Origin: an uncultured Planctomycetaceae bacterium
GTDB taxonomy: Bacteria > Planctomycetota > Planctomycetia > Isosphaerales > Isosphaeraceae
Assembly: GCA_963833985.1 (NCBI GenBank)
Contig: CAWIAD010000002.1
Coordinates: forward strand, 3,328,001 to 3,392,000
Direction: 5' to 3'
DNA: 64,000 nucleotides
Part shown: piece by piece, positions 31,568 through 41,605 of the stretch
Numbering within the stretch: position 1 is the stretch's first letter
How the letters are laid out: each line of letters starts with the position of its first letter
Position numbers and translations under genes: made by a program
Notes under the pieces: generated by a model
Databases searched by the model: none
Seen by the model: only the letters and a program-made list of their open reading frames with translations
What the model was told of the DNA's origin: nothing

Positions 31568-31760
31568 ACAGAAAGTCAGTCCGAAGTCAAAACCCAGCCT
31601 TGAGTTACGGTTCCCAGGAGTGGCGTGCGGATTGCGGGTTGAGCCGCGTCACGCTGCCGGAACGGGCCACTGCATATTTGGTCTTCCAGAGCGTGTCGCA
31701 TAAGCAGTTCGGAATGACGGCACGCTGTATGTCCTTTCCTGATGTGATGGATTCTCGAGC

Positions 31761-32441
31761 ATGCCCTCCAAGACAGCACCGCAAGCTTACAACGGTCTTT
31801 CCAGCGGCGTCCCGGTCTTCCCTGCCGGTTGCGGTGACGACGAACCAGAGCCGGTGCGGAAACAGGCCGGCACGCCCGTTGACCTGGAACGAATCCAGCG
31901 AGCCGTCCGCGAGATCTTGCTGGCGGTTGGCGAGGACCCGGACCGCGAGGGTCTGCGGCAGACTCCCGATCGCGTGGCCCGCATGTACGCCGAGGTCTTC
32001 CAGGGGCTGAACCAGGACCCGCGCGTGCACCTCAAGACCCTGTTCTCGCAAAAGTATGACGAGATGGTGCTGATTCGGGACATACGTTTTGTTAGTTTTT
32101 GTGAGCATCACTTATTGCCAGTCATAGGAAAGGGGCATGTGGCCTACATTCCCAATGGCAAGGTGATCGGGCTCTCGAAGATTCCCCGTGCGCTCGATGT
32201 GCTGTCCAGGCGGCCCCAGATGCAGGAACGCCTCACCGAGGAGCTCGCTGACCTGCTGATGAAGGAGCTTGGCGCCAAGGGGGTGGCCGTGGTCATCGAG
32301 GCCAGCCATAGTTGCATGACGATCCGGGGGGTCAACAAGCCTGATAGCTCGTTCGTCACCAGCGCGATGCGAGGCGCTTTCAAGGAGAAACTGGCGACGC
32401 GCTCCGAGGTGATGTCGCTGATCTTCGGGTCCAAGAGCTGA
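31761..32441 (+). CDS. folE: GTP cyclohydrolase I
   Basis: [30 protein letters not shown] and HSCMTIRG. Confidence 0.96.
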   Translation: MPSKTAPQAYNGLSSGVPVFPAGCGDDEPEPVRKQAGTPVDLERIQRAVREILLAVGEDPDREGLRQTPDRVARMYAEVFQGLNQDPRVHLKTLFSQKYDEMVLIRDIRFVSFCEHHLLPVIGKGHVAYIPNGKVIGLSKIPRALDVLSRRPQMQERLTEELADLLMKELGAKGVAVVIEASHSCMTIRGVNKPDSSFVTSAMRGAFKEKLATRSEVMSLIFGSKS

Positions 32442-32544
32442 TCCGTACAGGAACTCGCCCGGGTGCTTGCGGCGAGTTCGCCCTGCCGGCCCCCTCGTGT
32501 CCGGCGGGTGTTTCCAGACGCCCCTGAGCGGGCCGGGACAGACC

Positions 32545-33327
32545 ATGCCGCAGTACCCGCCCATGCTGGCCGACTTCTCCGTACGGCTTGCTTTCGGGCT
32601 CGCCACGCTTTTGCTGGCGACCCGCTGGCAGCGCGTTCCCCTGCCTTTTTTTCGGACGCAATGTCAGATCATCCTGGGCCTGGTGGTCCTCGCGTCGCTC
32701 GACGCGTCGCGATCCACACAATCCGCAGCACTGGTCTGGACCACCATCCTGGCGGCCTTGCTCGCCTATTTCGCCGCCGTGGCATGGGGGCTGGGGCTGG
32801 TGCGGATCGCGCAGCCAACCACGTGTCTGGTCGTCATCGCCACGCTGGTCTGGGTAACCATTGCCTCCTTTTCCAGCTCCGGCTCGCGTCCCGTGGAGGT
32901 CTTCAACACGGCAAGCCGGCTCGCCTCCGGCCTGCTGCTGGGCGCATCGTTGACGGCAATGCTGCTGGGGCATCACTACTTGACGGCACCCACCATGTCC
33001 ATCGAGCCGCTCCGGCAGTACGTACGGATCATGGGAGCCGCACTGCTGCTGCGCGGAATGCTGGCGATCGGCGGTCTCTGGCTGGCGCACATCCTGTCCA
33101 CGGGGGGCGAAGCACAGGCGACCGAAAACGGGATCACGCTCCTCTGCGCCGCACGCTGGGCCGTGGGGTATGCGGGGCCCATTCTCGCCACCATCCTCGC
33201 CTGGAAGACGGTTCAGATCCGATCCACACAGTCGGCCACAGGCATCCTCTACGTCGCGACCGCACTGGTCCTCTTTGGCGAGCTCACGTCGCTGATCAGC
33301 ACCCGGGCCGGCGGTCTGTCAGGGTAA
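32545..33327 (+). CDS. Conserved hypothetical membrane protein (about 8 TM)
   Basis: Hydrophobic ORF with MLLGHHYL and QSATGILY motifs. Confidence 0.7.
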   Translation: MPQYPPMLADFSVRLAFGLATLLLATRWQRVPLPFFRTQCQIILGLVVLASLDASRSTQSAALVWTTILAALLAYFAAVAWGLGLVRIAQPTTCLVVIATLVWVTIASFSSSGSRPVEVFNTASRLASGLLLGASLTAMLLGHHYLTAPTMSIEPLRQYVRIMGAALLLRGMLAIGGLWLAHILSTGGEAQATENGITLLCAARWAVGYAGPILATILAWKTVQIRSTQSATGILYVATALVLFGELTSLISTRAGGLSG

Positions 33328-33592
33328 GCCGCACAGCGCCCTGACCCGCTCCTGCACGGGCCCGCCCGCGCGGGCTCCAAGGCCGGTCCCCTTTCCTGCA
33401 ATCCGGCAAGCAATCCACGCATGGGGACATCTCCACTGCTGTGTGCTCACCCACGCGCATGGATGCGACGATTCCAGGCACGCCTGCATGGACATTTTCA
33501 GGCCGCGCCGCCGCGCCACGACCTATAGAAACGATAGAGCCTGCCGCGCAGGAACGACGATCGGCCAGCGGGCTTGCAGGCACGAATGCAGG

Positions 33593-33706
33593 ATTAGTGC
33601 ATAGCACTAATGATGGATTCACATAGTTCTAAGAGACTAGTAATGACTTTCCTTTTCAAAGATTCATGGATAGGTTCTTGACAACACTAATGTGCGGGGT
33701 GATATT
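33593..33706 (+). promoter_or_regulatory. Palindromic operator-like site and sigma70-like promoter upstream of the ELWxxDGT-repeat gene
   Basis: Perfect inverted repeat ATTAGTGC-ATA-GCACTAAT (33593-33611). TTGACA (33678)-N17-GATATT, with a further CACTAAT half-site in the spacer. AT-rich context. Confidence 0.5.
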
Positions 33707-33988
33707 AACTCGCCGCTTGCAGCTGGCATGAGCGTCGCGCGCGACGCACAGCCCTTGAGACTCTGCGCAGAGCCCGGCCAACCTGACCTGACTTCCGGGG
33801 CAGAAGTGTCCTGAGTTCGAGAGCACGATCTCCCGGAACGACCCTGGTCGACGACGGACAAGAGTGAATCCATGACGGTTCGATTGCCGGGACGCGGTTC
33901 CAGCCCGGTCGCTCCCCGCGCGGTGCGGTAGTGCTACCAGGCACGGCAACTGTGTTTCGCTGGTTCACTTGAACACAGGAGATGAGCC

Positions 33989-35341
33989 ATGCTTCAAAAG
34001 TTGACGCAGCGATTCTTCACACCGGCCGTTCGGCGCAGAAGAACGAGCCGCCGGCTCCAGGTTGAGAGCCTTGAAGGCCGTGCATTGCTTACCGGAACAG
34101 TGACAGGCCTCACTCTCCCTTACGGTGCCACCCTCACGACCGGTTTCGTGTCGGCGAACGGGGACATGTTCTTCGGGGCCCATGACGCGACCCATGGCTA
34201 CCAGCTCTGGGAGAGCAACGGCACCTCGTCCGGTACCCAGATGTTGACGAATATCAACGCTCCTTACGGGATCTGCCCTTCTTACCTCACTGCGGTGGGC
34301 AACACTCTGTACTTCTCCGCCAACGACGGCCACGACGGAATGCAACTCTGGAAGAGCAACGGTACGCCGGGCGGCACCACCATGGTCACCACTGTCAACC
34401 CGGGACTCGGGCTCATGCCCAGCTCGATCACCAACGTGAACGGTACAGCCTACATGATCGGCTACAAGTCCGGCGCGGGGCACCAGATCTTCAAGAGCGA
34501 CGGTACCGCCGGCGGGACGGTCGCGGTGACGAATATCAACCCGACGGGCGGCGGCGCCAACGCCTCGCAACTCACGGCGATGGGCAGCACGCTCTTCTTT
34601 CGCGCCAACGACGGCAGTCATGGATACCAGCTCTGGGATACCACCGGCAGCGGAGCGACCATGCTGACCACATCGAACTACAGTGGGGCGGGTACGCTGC
34701 CCGGGTGTCTCACGGCGGTCAGCGGTACGCTGTTCTTCGATGGCTACGACGGTTCGGGCTACCAGCTCTGGGAGAGCAATGGCACTGCCGGCGGTACGCA
34801 GAAGCTCACCAGTGGCGGCCCTGCGCATGTCGGTTTGATGCCGGCATCACTGACGGCCGTGGGAAACGAGCTATTCTTCTCGGCCAGCGACGGCACGCAT
34901 GGCAGCCAGCTCTGGAAAAGCAATGGCTCGGCCAGCGGCACGGCGATGGTCACGAATGTCAATCCCGGTCCGATGGGGCTCGCACCCAAGTCGCTGACAG
35001 CGATTGGAAGCGAACTCTACTTCGCGGCCTGTGACGGGACCCATGGCAGCCAGCTCTGGAAGAGCGACGGCTCATCGAGCGGCACCGTCATGGTCACCAC
35101 CATCAACGGCAGTTCGGGCTGCTACCTGGGGAACCTGACCAACGTGAACGGCACACTCCACTTCACCGCCTACACCGCTGCCAACGGCTACCAGGTCTGG
35201 CAAAGCAACGGCACGGCGCAGGGGACCGTCATGGACACCACCATGACTCAGGGAAAAACCTCGGCACCCTCGAACCTCACGCCCCTGGCAGGAGCTCTAT
35301 TCTTCACGGAACCAGGCGCGTCACTCTGGGTCCTGTCGTGA
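33989..35341 (+). CDS. Secreted ELWxxDGT-repeat beta-propeller protein with planctomycete extracellular leader
   Basis: RRRRTSRRLQVESLEGRALL leader; about 8 repeats of LYF.A.DG.HG.QLW.SNGT..GT; AGGAG RBS. Confidence 0.85.
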   Translation: MLQKLTQRFFTPAVRRRRTSRRLQVESLEGRALLTGTVTGLTLPYGATLTTGFVSANGDMFFGAHDATHGYQLWESNGTSSGTQMLTNINAPYGICPSYLTAVGNTLYFSANDGHDGMQLWKSNGTPGGTTMVTTVNPGLGLMPSSITNVNGTAYMIGYKSGAGHQIFKSDGTAGGTVAVTNINPTGGGANASQLTAMGSTLFFRANDGSHGYQLWDTTGSGATMLTTSNYSGAGTLPGCLTAVSGTLFFDGYDGSGYQLWESNGTAGGTQKLTSGGPAHVGLMPASLTAVGNELFFSASDGTHGSQLWKSNGSASGTAMVTNVNPGPMGLAPKSLTAIGSELYFAACDGTHGSQLWKSDGSSSGTVMVTTINGSSGCYLGNLTNVNGTLHFTAYTAANGYQVWQSNGTAQGTVMDTTMTQGKTSAPSNLTPLAGALFFTEPGASLWVLS

Positions 35342-35486
35342 CGTGAGCCAGCACAGGGTAACGATGGCACTCCGCAGCTGCGGAGTGCCACGCAATTGCA
35401 CGCGATGAAGCGTGCCGTTTACCGACTGGGCAGACGACGCACCTCGAGCGAAGACAGGCGTTCGCTCGAGGTGTCGTGTCATTGCA

Positions 35487-36260
35487 TCAAGCGTTGGCGA
35501 GGGACGTGCGCCGGCGCAGCCAGGCAATACCCAGAAGCGGAATCGGCAGGCCGATGAGCATGGTGACCATGCTTGCCGGCTCCGGAACGGCAGTGGCCTT
35601 CGACGTGACCGAGAAGCCGTCGACCGGACCTGTGCCCGGCACGAGGCTGAAAGAAATGTAGTTGGTCAGCATGTAAGGCGAGGCGAAGCTGGTGATCATG
35701 GTCGAAGCGCCGTTGCCTTCGAAGTCCGGGCCCGTCTTGGTCGACGCCACTGTGTACAGCGGGGTTGACGGGGACGCGTTGAAGGTACTGTCCGCCATGT
35801 GCGAGTTCCCCGTGCCGGCGTTGTTGAAGTTGCCGGTGGACGAGCTGGCGAGCGTTCCAGAGGATGCACCCGAAGTGGTGAAGCCGCTTTCCGTCTCGGT
35901 GATCGTCAGGCTGGTGCTTCCTGTCATGCCCGAGGGAATGGAGATTCCGCCGGAGAGCGACAGGATGCCCCCAGCTTGCGCACTGCCGTAATTGCTGCTG
36001 CCGCCGAGTGCCGAGAACTGGTAGGCCGACCCGGCGCCCGCGAGGAGGCCGTTCAGTGTGGTCAAGTCCACAGTTCCGTAGTTCGTCGAAGACGCACCAC
36101 TCAGGACCAGCCCATCCACGGGGATGGTCACACCGTTGGCCACAATGGTGATCGAGATGATCTCGGCGGATGCCGATCGGCTGGCGATCGGCAACAAGGC
36201 AAGACCGCATGCGATCCCTGTCAGGATCCCCCAGCGGTGAAACGTGGCGACTTTCCTCAT
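35487..36260 (-). CDS. PEP-CTERM sorting domain protein
   Basis: Signal peptide (ASA-E); Ser/Thr-rich body; C-terminal VPEPAS followed by a TM helix and RRR. Confidence 0.9.
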   Translation of the reverse strand: MRKVATFHRWGILTGIACGLALLPIASRSASAEIISITIVANGVTIPVDGLVLSGASSTNYGTVDLTTLNGLLAGAGSAYQFSALGGSSNYGSAQAGGILSLSGGISIPSGMTGSTSLTITETESGFTTSGASSGTLASSSTGNFNNAGTGNSHMADSTFNASPSTPLYTVASTKTGPDFEGNGASTMITSFASPYMLTNYISFSLVPGTGPVDGFSVTSKATAVPEPASMVTMLIGLPIPLLGIAWLRRRTSLANA

Positions 36261-37246
36261 GCGTCAACTCCTGTTGTCAAAATACAGTTCAGTCTCATTC
36301 CGCGAATTGATCGTGTCCATGAAAACAATGGTTCATCCTTGTGTGCATTTTCCGGTCGAGCCTCTGGCAGCTTCGTTCCATGATGCTCCGCTTGATCGGG
36401 GCCTTCCCCGCCATCACTCCTTGTGTTCAATGTTGCGTGTGCGCACTCGACTTGCCTTTCCCGCAAAGGCGTTTACTCGTTCCCCGCCGACGTCCAAGAG
36501 GCTCGACCTGTCGTCTCGGTAACCTTTCTGGACAGCTTCATGCTTTGACGGATCTGGACGCTCGCACGAGTTTGCACCTTGGGGATATCGTGGCGGCATA
36601 GGCCTGTAAACGAGAAAGCGTGAATCTTAATCGCTTTTAATAATGTCTACGAAATAATTCTCATAATTGCTTACCCAAGAAACAGAGCTGTGCTTGCAAA
36701 CCCTGACCGCGTAAAGACCTGAGAAGACATGATGATGAGCGGAGGCGTCCGGGGTCCGGACTCACATGGCGTTTTTTGTCAACAATGTTTTTCAGGATTC
36801 CGGGCACGTAAGCGTGGTTTCGAAGAGCCTGCTGAGCGATTCTCCGAGAAACCGAACGAGTCGAGGTATTGACAAGCCTGTCTCACTTCATGTCCGGCTG
36901 CGAGCGAGCGTGTCCGCGTGCTTTCGGGTGCGGGCGACGTTGGGCATTGGTGCACAAGATTGCTCGCCCAGCCGAGACCGAATGGCGGCTGGGAGGCCAA
37001 CGGGTGACGCGGGCCTCATGGGCCTCATGTCTTACTTCTATTCTTGCTTCCAGAAATCCGCTAGAATCTATGTGCTGGCAGCGAGATACCTTCTGGGTAC
37101 CACGTCATCGCGTGAAGCCCGGGAAGTTCGGCCTGATCTCTCGCATGGAGATCCGTTCCGTTCACCGCGGGATGCACGACCCTCCCGGGGCTGAACTATC
37201 TCCGTATCCCGTTGCCCAGCCAGGATCGCCGCCGGCGTGTAACTTC

Positions 37247-37765
37247 ATGGAGCTGACGTACCTTTGTGCCGAGTGCGGGACCGTGAACCGGGTGGAGTCT
37301 CTGGCAACAGCCGGGCGGGCGGCTTGCCGGGCTTGCCGGGCTGAGCGCCCGCTTCACCACGAACTGATCGAGGGCGGCGCGTTGCGGGCGTGTCCGTGGT
37401 GCGCAACGGAAGATCTCTACATCCAGAAAGACTTTCCCCAGGGGCTCGGCCTGTTCATCGTGATCGTCGGCTTCGTGATCAGTACGGTCTTCTGGTATTT
37501 CGAGAAGCCCCTTTTTACCTACCTGGTGCTTCTTGCCTCCGCGCTGCTGGACATGGTGCTCTATTACCGGGTGCCCGACGTCACCATCTGCTACCGCTGC
37601 TTGAGCCAGGTCCGTGGACCCGGTACGAACCCGGACAGTCGCTTCCGTCCCTTCGATCTGGCCATCGCTGAGCGCTATCGCCAGGAACGCCTGAGGATCG
37701 AGGAAATACGGAAGCGTGGCAACACGGCCCAGGCAACCCCGTCCAACGTGTCCAGCTCTCACTGA
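37247..37765 (+). CDS. Small membrane protein with several CxxC zinc-ribbon motifs
   Basis: CAEC, CRAC, CPWC and CYRC motifs around two TM helices; QKDFP motif. Confidence 0.7.
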   Translation: MELTYLCAECGTVNRVESLATAGRAACRACRAERPLHHELIEGGALRACPWCATEDLYIQKDFPQGLGLFIVIVGFVISTVFWYFEKPLFTYLVLLASALLDMVLYYRVPDVTICYRCLSQVRGPGTNPDSRFRPFDLAIAERYRQERLRIEEIRKRGNTAQATPSNVSSSH

Positions 37766-37861
37766 CTCACTCGGAACACCGGGTGAGATGAGTTCTTTTT
37801 GTCCTGGTCCCGCGGGAGACGGCCCGATCTTCCGCCCTGCCATCGAGGTCCACCGCCTGCC

Positions 37862-40800
37862 GTGGATGAGCGTCGTGCCCGAATCTACGAGGATTTGCGA
37901 GGGGTCGTCACGGGCGAGCTCCATTTCGAGCCGCTCGATCGTGCCCCATACGCACACGACGCCAGCCTGTACGAGATCGATCCGCTGGGCGTGGTCGTTC
38001 CGCGCACCCAGGACGACGTCGTCACGGTTGTCCGCTACGCCAGCGAGCATCAGATTCCGCTGCACGCTCGTGGTGCGGGAAGCGATACCGCCGGCGGCAG
38101 CCTGGGCGATGGGCTGGTCATCGACTTCAGCCGCCATCTCAGGAAGATCGTCGCCATCGCCACAGACCATGTGGTTGTCGAGCCCGGTGTGGTGTTGCAG
38201 ACGCTGAATGCCGAGCTGGCACCTCTGGGCCGGCGATTGGAGCCCGTGCCCGCCAACGCCAAGATCGGTACCGTGGGCGGGATGATCGGCGTCGATTCCG
38301 CGGGCGGCCGCTCGGCGCGGTTCGGTTCCATGAGCGACCAGGTCGAGCAGCTTCGGGTGGTCCTGGCGCAGGGAGAGGTTGCGGATCTCGGCTTCAGGCC
38401 GTGGCCCGACTACGATGCTGAGGCGGTCACCTTTCCGGACCTGATCGTCCGCAAGCTTCAGAATGTCTACCGACAAAGTCAGAAGCGGCTCTCCCGGCTG
38501 ATGCCTGCCGTCCCGCGCAACCGTGCCGGTTATGCATTCGGGCGCGCAGCCGGTGCCGAGGGGGTGAACCTCGCCCGGCTGGTGAGCGGCTCGGAGGGGA
38601 CCCTTGCCCTTGTCTTGCAAGCGGTGCTCAGGACGGTGCCCCTGCCGGCGGCCCAGGCGGTCGTCGTCCTCCCCTTCGCGCGACTGGCTGACGCGGCCGT
38701 GGGGGCCAGCCTCTGCCTGGAGCTCGGGCTGGAGCCCTCGATCTGCGATCTCTACGACTGGAGGCTGCTGAGCCTGGCACGCGACGCCGATGAGTGCTTC
38801 CACGCCTGGATTGACGAGGCGGCCGAGTCGGTTCTGATCGTCGAATTCGAGGGAGACAGCCAGGACGAGGTCACCGGCAAGACGCGCATGCTTGCGGAGC
38901 GGATCGGCCGCGAAGGACTGCTGAGGTCCGACCCGGTGACCGTGCACCGCCGCGCCGAGTGCGAGCAGGTGGTGGCCCTGCGGCGACTGGCCGAACCCCT
39001 GCTGCTGAAGTCGCGAAGCCGATCCAGGCCGCTGGCGATCATGGACGACCTTGCCGTGCCGCCGGACCGGCTCGCCACGGTGCTGCACCAGCTTCAGAAC
39101 GTCCTCAAGCGGCACAACGTGCTCTGGACCTTGAATGCCTACGCCGGGGATGGCCGCATACGTCTGCGACCGTTTCTGGACCTGGCGGACCCGGCCGACC
39201 GTGCGCGGCTGGAACCCCTGACTCGTGAAGTCTACGAACTGGCAATCGACGCTGGTGGGACGGTCTCGGCGGCACAGGGCTGCGGCCTGGCCCGCACCCA
39301 GTTCTTGCCTCGCCAGTACGGCGAGCTGGTCGCGGTGTTCCGGGAGATCAAGGACGCCTTCGACCCCTCGAACCTGCTGAACCCTGGCAAGGTCGTGGGC
39401 GACGATCCTCACCTCATGCTCCGGCATTTGAAGCACTTCCCCGCGTCCCTGCCAGAATCCCAGAACGGGAACGGGACCCTCGCCACCCCCGGCGAACCTT
39501 CGAAGATCCATGGCGAGGACGCGACTCTGCCAGCTTCAGACTCGGCTGAAGGAGGCGGAGCCTGCATCCTTCCGGTCCTGCGCTGGCCCGAGCCTGGAGC
39601 GGAGGCGATGGCCGCGGCTTGCCACGGCTGCGGCGAGTGCCGCAATCTTGATCCCGCGTTGCGCATGTGCCCGAGCTACCGGGCCCATCGCCGCGAGGCG
39701 GCAACTCCCAGGTCCCAGGCCAACCTGATCCGCCAGATCGCGGTCGGGCAGATCGATCCGAAGCTCTGGGGGACCGAGCAATTCAAGGCCCACGCCGGGC
39801 TCTGCATCCATTGCAAGCTTTGTCTCAGCGAGTGCCCGGCGGGAGTGGACGTCTCCAGCTTGATGCTCGAGGCCAAGGCCGCCTTCGTCGAGAACCATGG
39901 CCTGCCGCCCAGCGACTGGGTCTTCTCGCGCCTGGAGATGTGGGCGCGGCTGGCCAGCCGTTTCCCCATTCTTGCCAATTTCCTGATGTCGCGCCGCAGC
40001 GCCCGCTGGTTGATCGAGCGCACCCTGGGAGTCTCCCGGCACAGGGTCCTGCCGCGCGTCCGGCGCACCCCGTTCACGCGCCGGGCCATGCACCTGGGGC
40101 TGGCCCGGCCGCGGCCGCACCAGTCCGGCCCGCGCGTCGTCTACTTCGTGGATGTGTACGCCAATTATTATGATCACGAGCTGGCCGAGTCGGTGGTGGC
40201 CGTGCTGCAACAGGCCGATGTGAACGTCTTCGTGCCCCCTCGCCAGCGGAGCTGCGGCATGGCCTCCTTGATCGTTGGCGACATCGACCATGCGCGTGAT
40301 CTTGCCCTGAACAACCTGCGCGTGCTGGGCAACGCCGTGCGCGACGGCTACACCGTGGTCTGCTCCGAGCCGACCGCGGCGCTGATGCTCCGGCACGAAT
40401 ATGTCAAGCTGACCGACGACCTCGACGCCGAGCTGGTCGCTCAGAACACCATGGACCTGGGCCAGTATCTTGTCGGCCTGGACGTGCGCGGCCAGCTACC
40501 CCGCCCGCACGCACCTCTGAACGCCCGCGCGGGTTACCATCAGCCCTGCCATCTGCTGCGCTGGAGGTCGGCATGCCGGGCTTCGACCTGATCCGGCACA
40601 TACCCGGACTGGATGTCGAGTTCATCAATCGCGGCTGCTCTGGAATGGGAGGCACCTACGGGCTCGGCCGCGAACAGTTCCGCACCTCGCTGCTGCCGGC
40701 CGCGAGCTGCTCCGGAGACTCAAGGACGACGACATCGAGGTGGGCGTCACGGAATGCGGCGCCTGCCGGATGCAGATGGAGCAGGGCTTGACGAAGCGGA

Positions 40801-40898
40801 CGCTGCACCCGATCAAGCTGCTGAGCCTGGGATACGGCCTGAACCCGTCGCTCCGTGAGCGTTTCAAACAGAGCAAGCCGCGGCACGTCATGTCGTGA
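37862..40898 (+). CDS. FAD-linked oxidoreductase fused to 4Fe-4S/CCG domains (GlcD+GlcF / YdiJ-like); C-terminal frameshifts
   Basis: YAHDASLY, ARGAGS, GSEGTL, FDP.NLLNPGK, CHGCGEC, CIHCKLCLSECP, HQPCH, CSGMGG and ECGACRMQ; breaks near 40560 and 40690. Confidence 0.85.
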
Positions 40899-41605
40899 GG
40901 GTTGGCCTCGGCCCGCAAGAGCGCTGCCTACGAGGAGTCTGCCCCGGCTGGAAGGCCGCGACAATCGGGGTGTCTGCCCGGGTCTTCCGTCAGACGGCAT
41001 CACTCGTCGAGATGAACCGGAAGTCGCGGGCGCGGATCGCGGGAACGACCGTGGCAAGGCACTCGTCGCCGCGCTCGAGGAGCATTCGGCGATCGTCTCG
41101 CGCTGGAACCCGAAATTGCCCTGCTTGTCGGCGACGGCGCTTCGAGCCGGTGGAGGGGCACTCTGCCAGCGCGAGGGAACGAAATCCAGCGAGAAGGCCT
41201 GATTTCCGAGCTGCTGCTTGTGCTCTTGCGGGAATCCGGTATCTGCGGTAAAAGCCTCAAGCCAGTCATGTCTTCGATCAGCGACGCCAGGGGACAAGGC
41301 AAGATCACGGCCAGGGATGGCCACGGTCCGAGCCCGGTCGATGAATGCCCTCCGGGCCAGATCCTGTCGTTATGGCTGTCCGGGCGGGGTCCGATCATGG
41401 TCCCCTGGTTCCGACTGGAAGTTTCGGCCTGTCCGCAACGCCGTCTCGATCTGTCCGCCACGGCCAGCCGTCCGGCGGAGGACTGCCGCGGGCCTCGCCG
41501 CCGGTGATGCGGCGGTGCCGTGCTCCTCGGGGCGCGGCGAGCTCGGACGTGAGGCGATGTGCGGCGAGGCGTCTCAGGATCGGTTCGCTTCAGGAACGAT
41601 CGCTC

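Noticed and set aside
36261..37246. Coding capacity or sigma54 promoter in the AT-rich gap upstream of the PEP-CTERM gene
   Set aside because: ORFs are short with atypical composition and no convincing -24/-12 motif was found.
40899..41605. ncRNA or ECF promoter (GGAAC-N17-CGTC at 41042) in the 700-bp gap before bamA
   Set aside because: No recognisable RNA family, and the motif is short and could be chance in GC-rich DNA.
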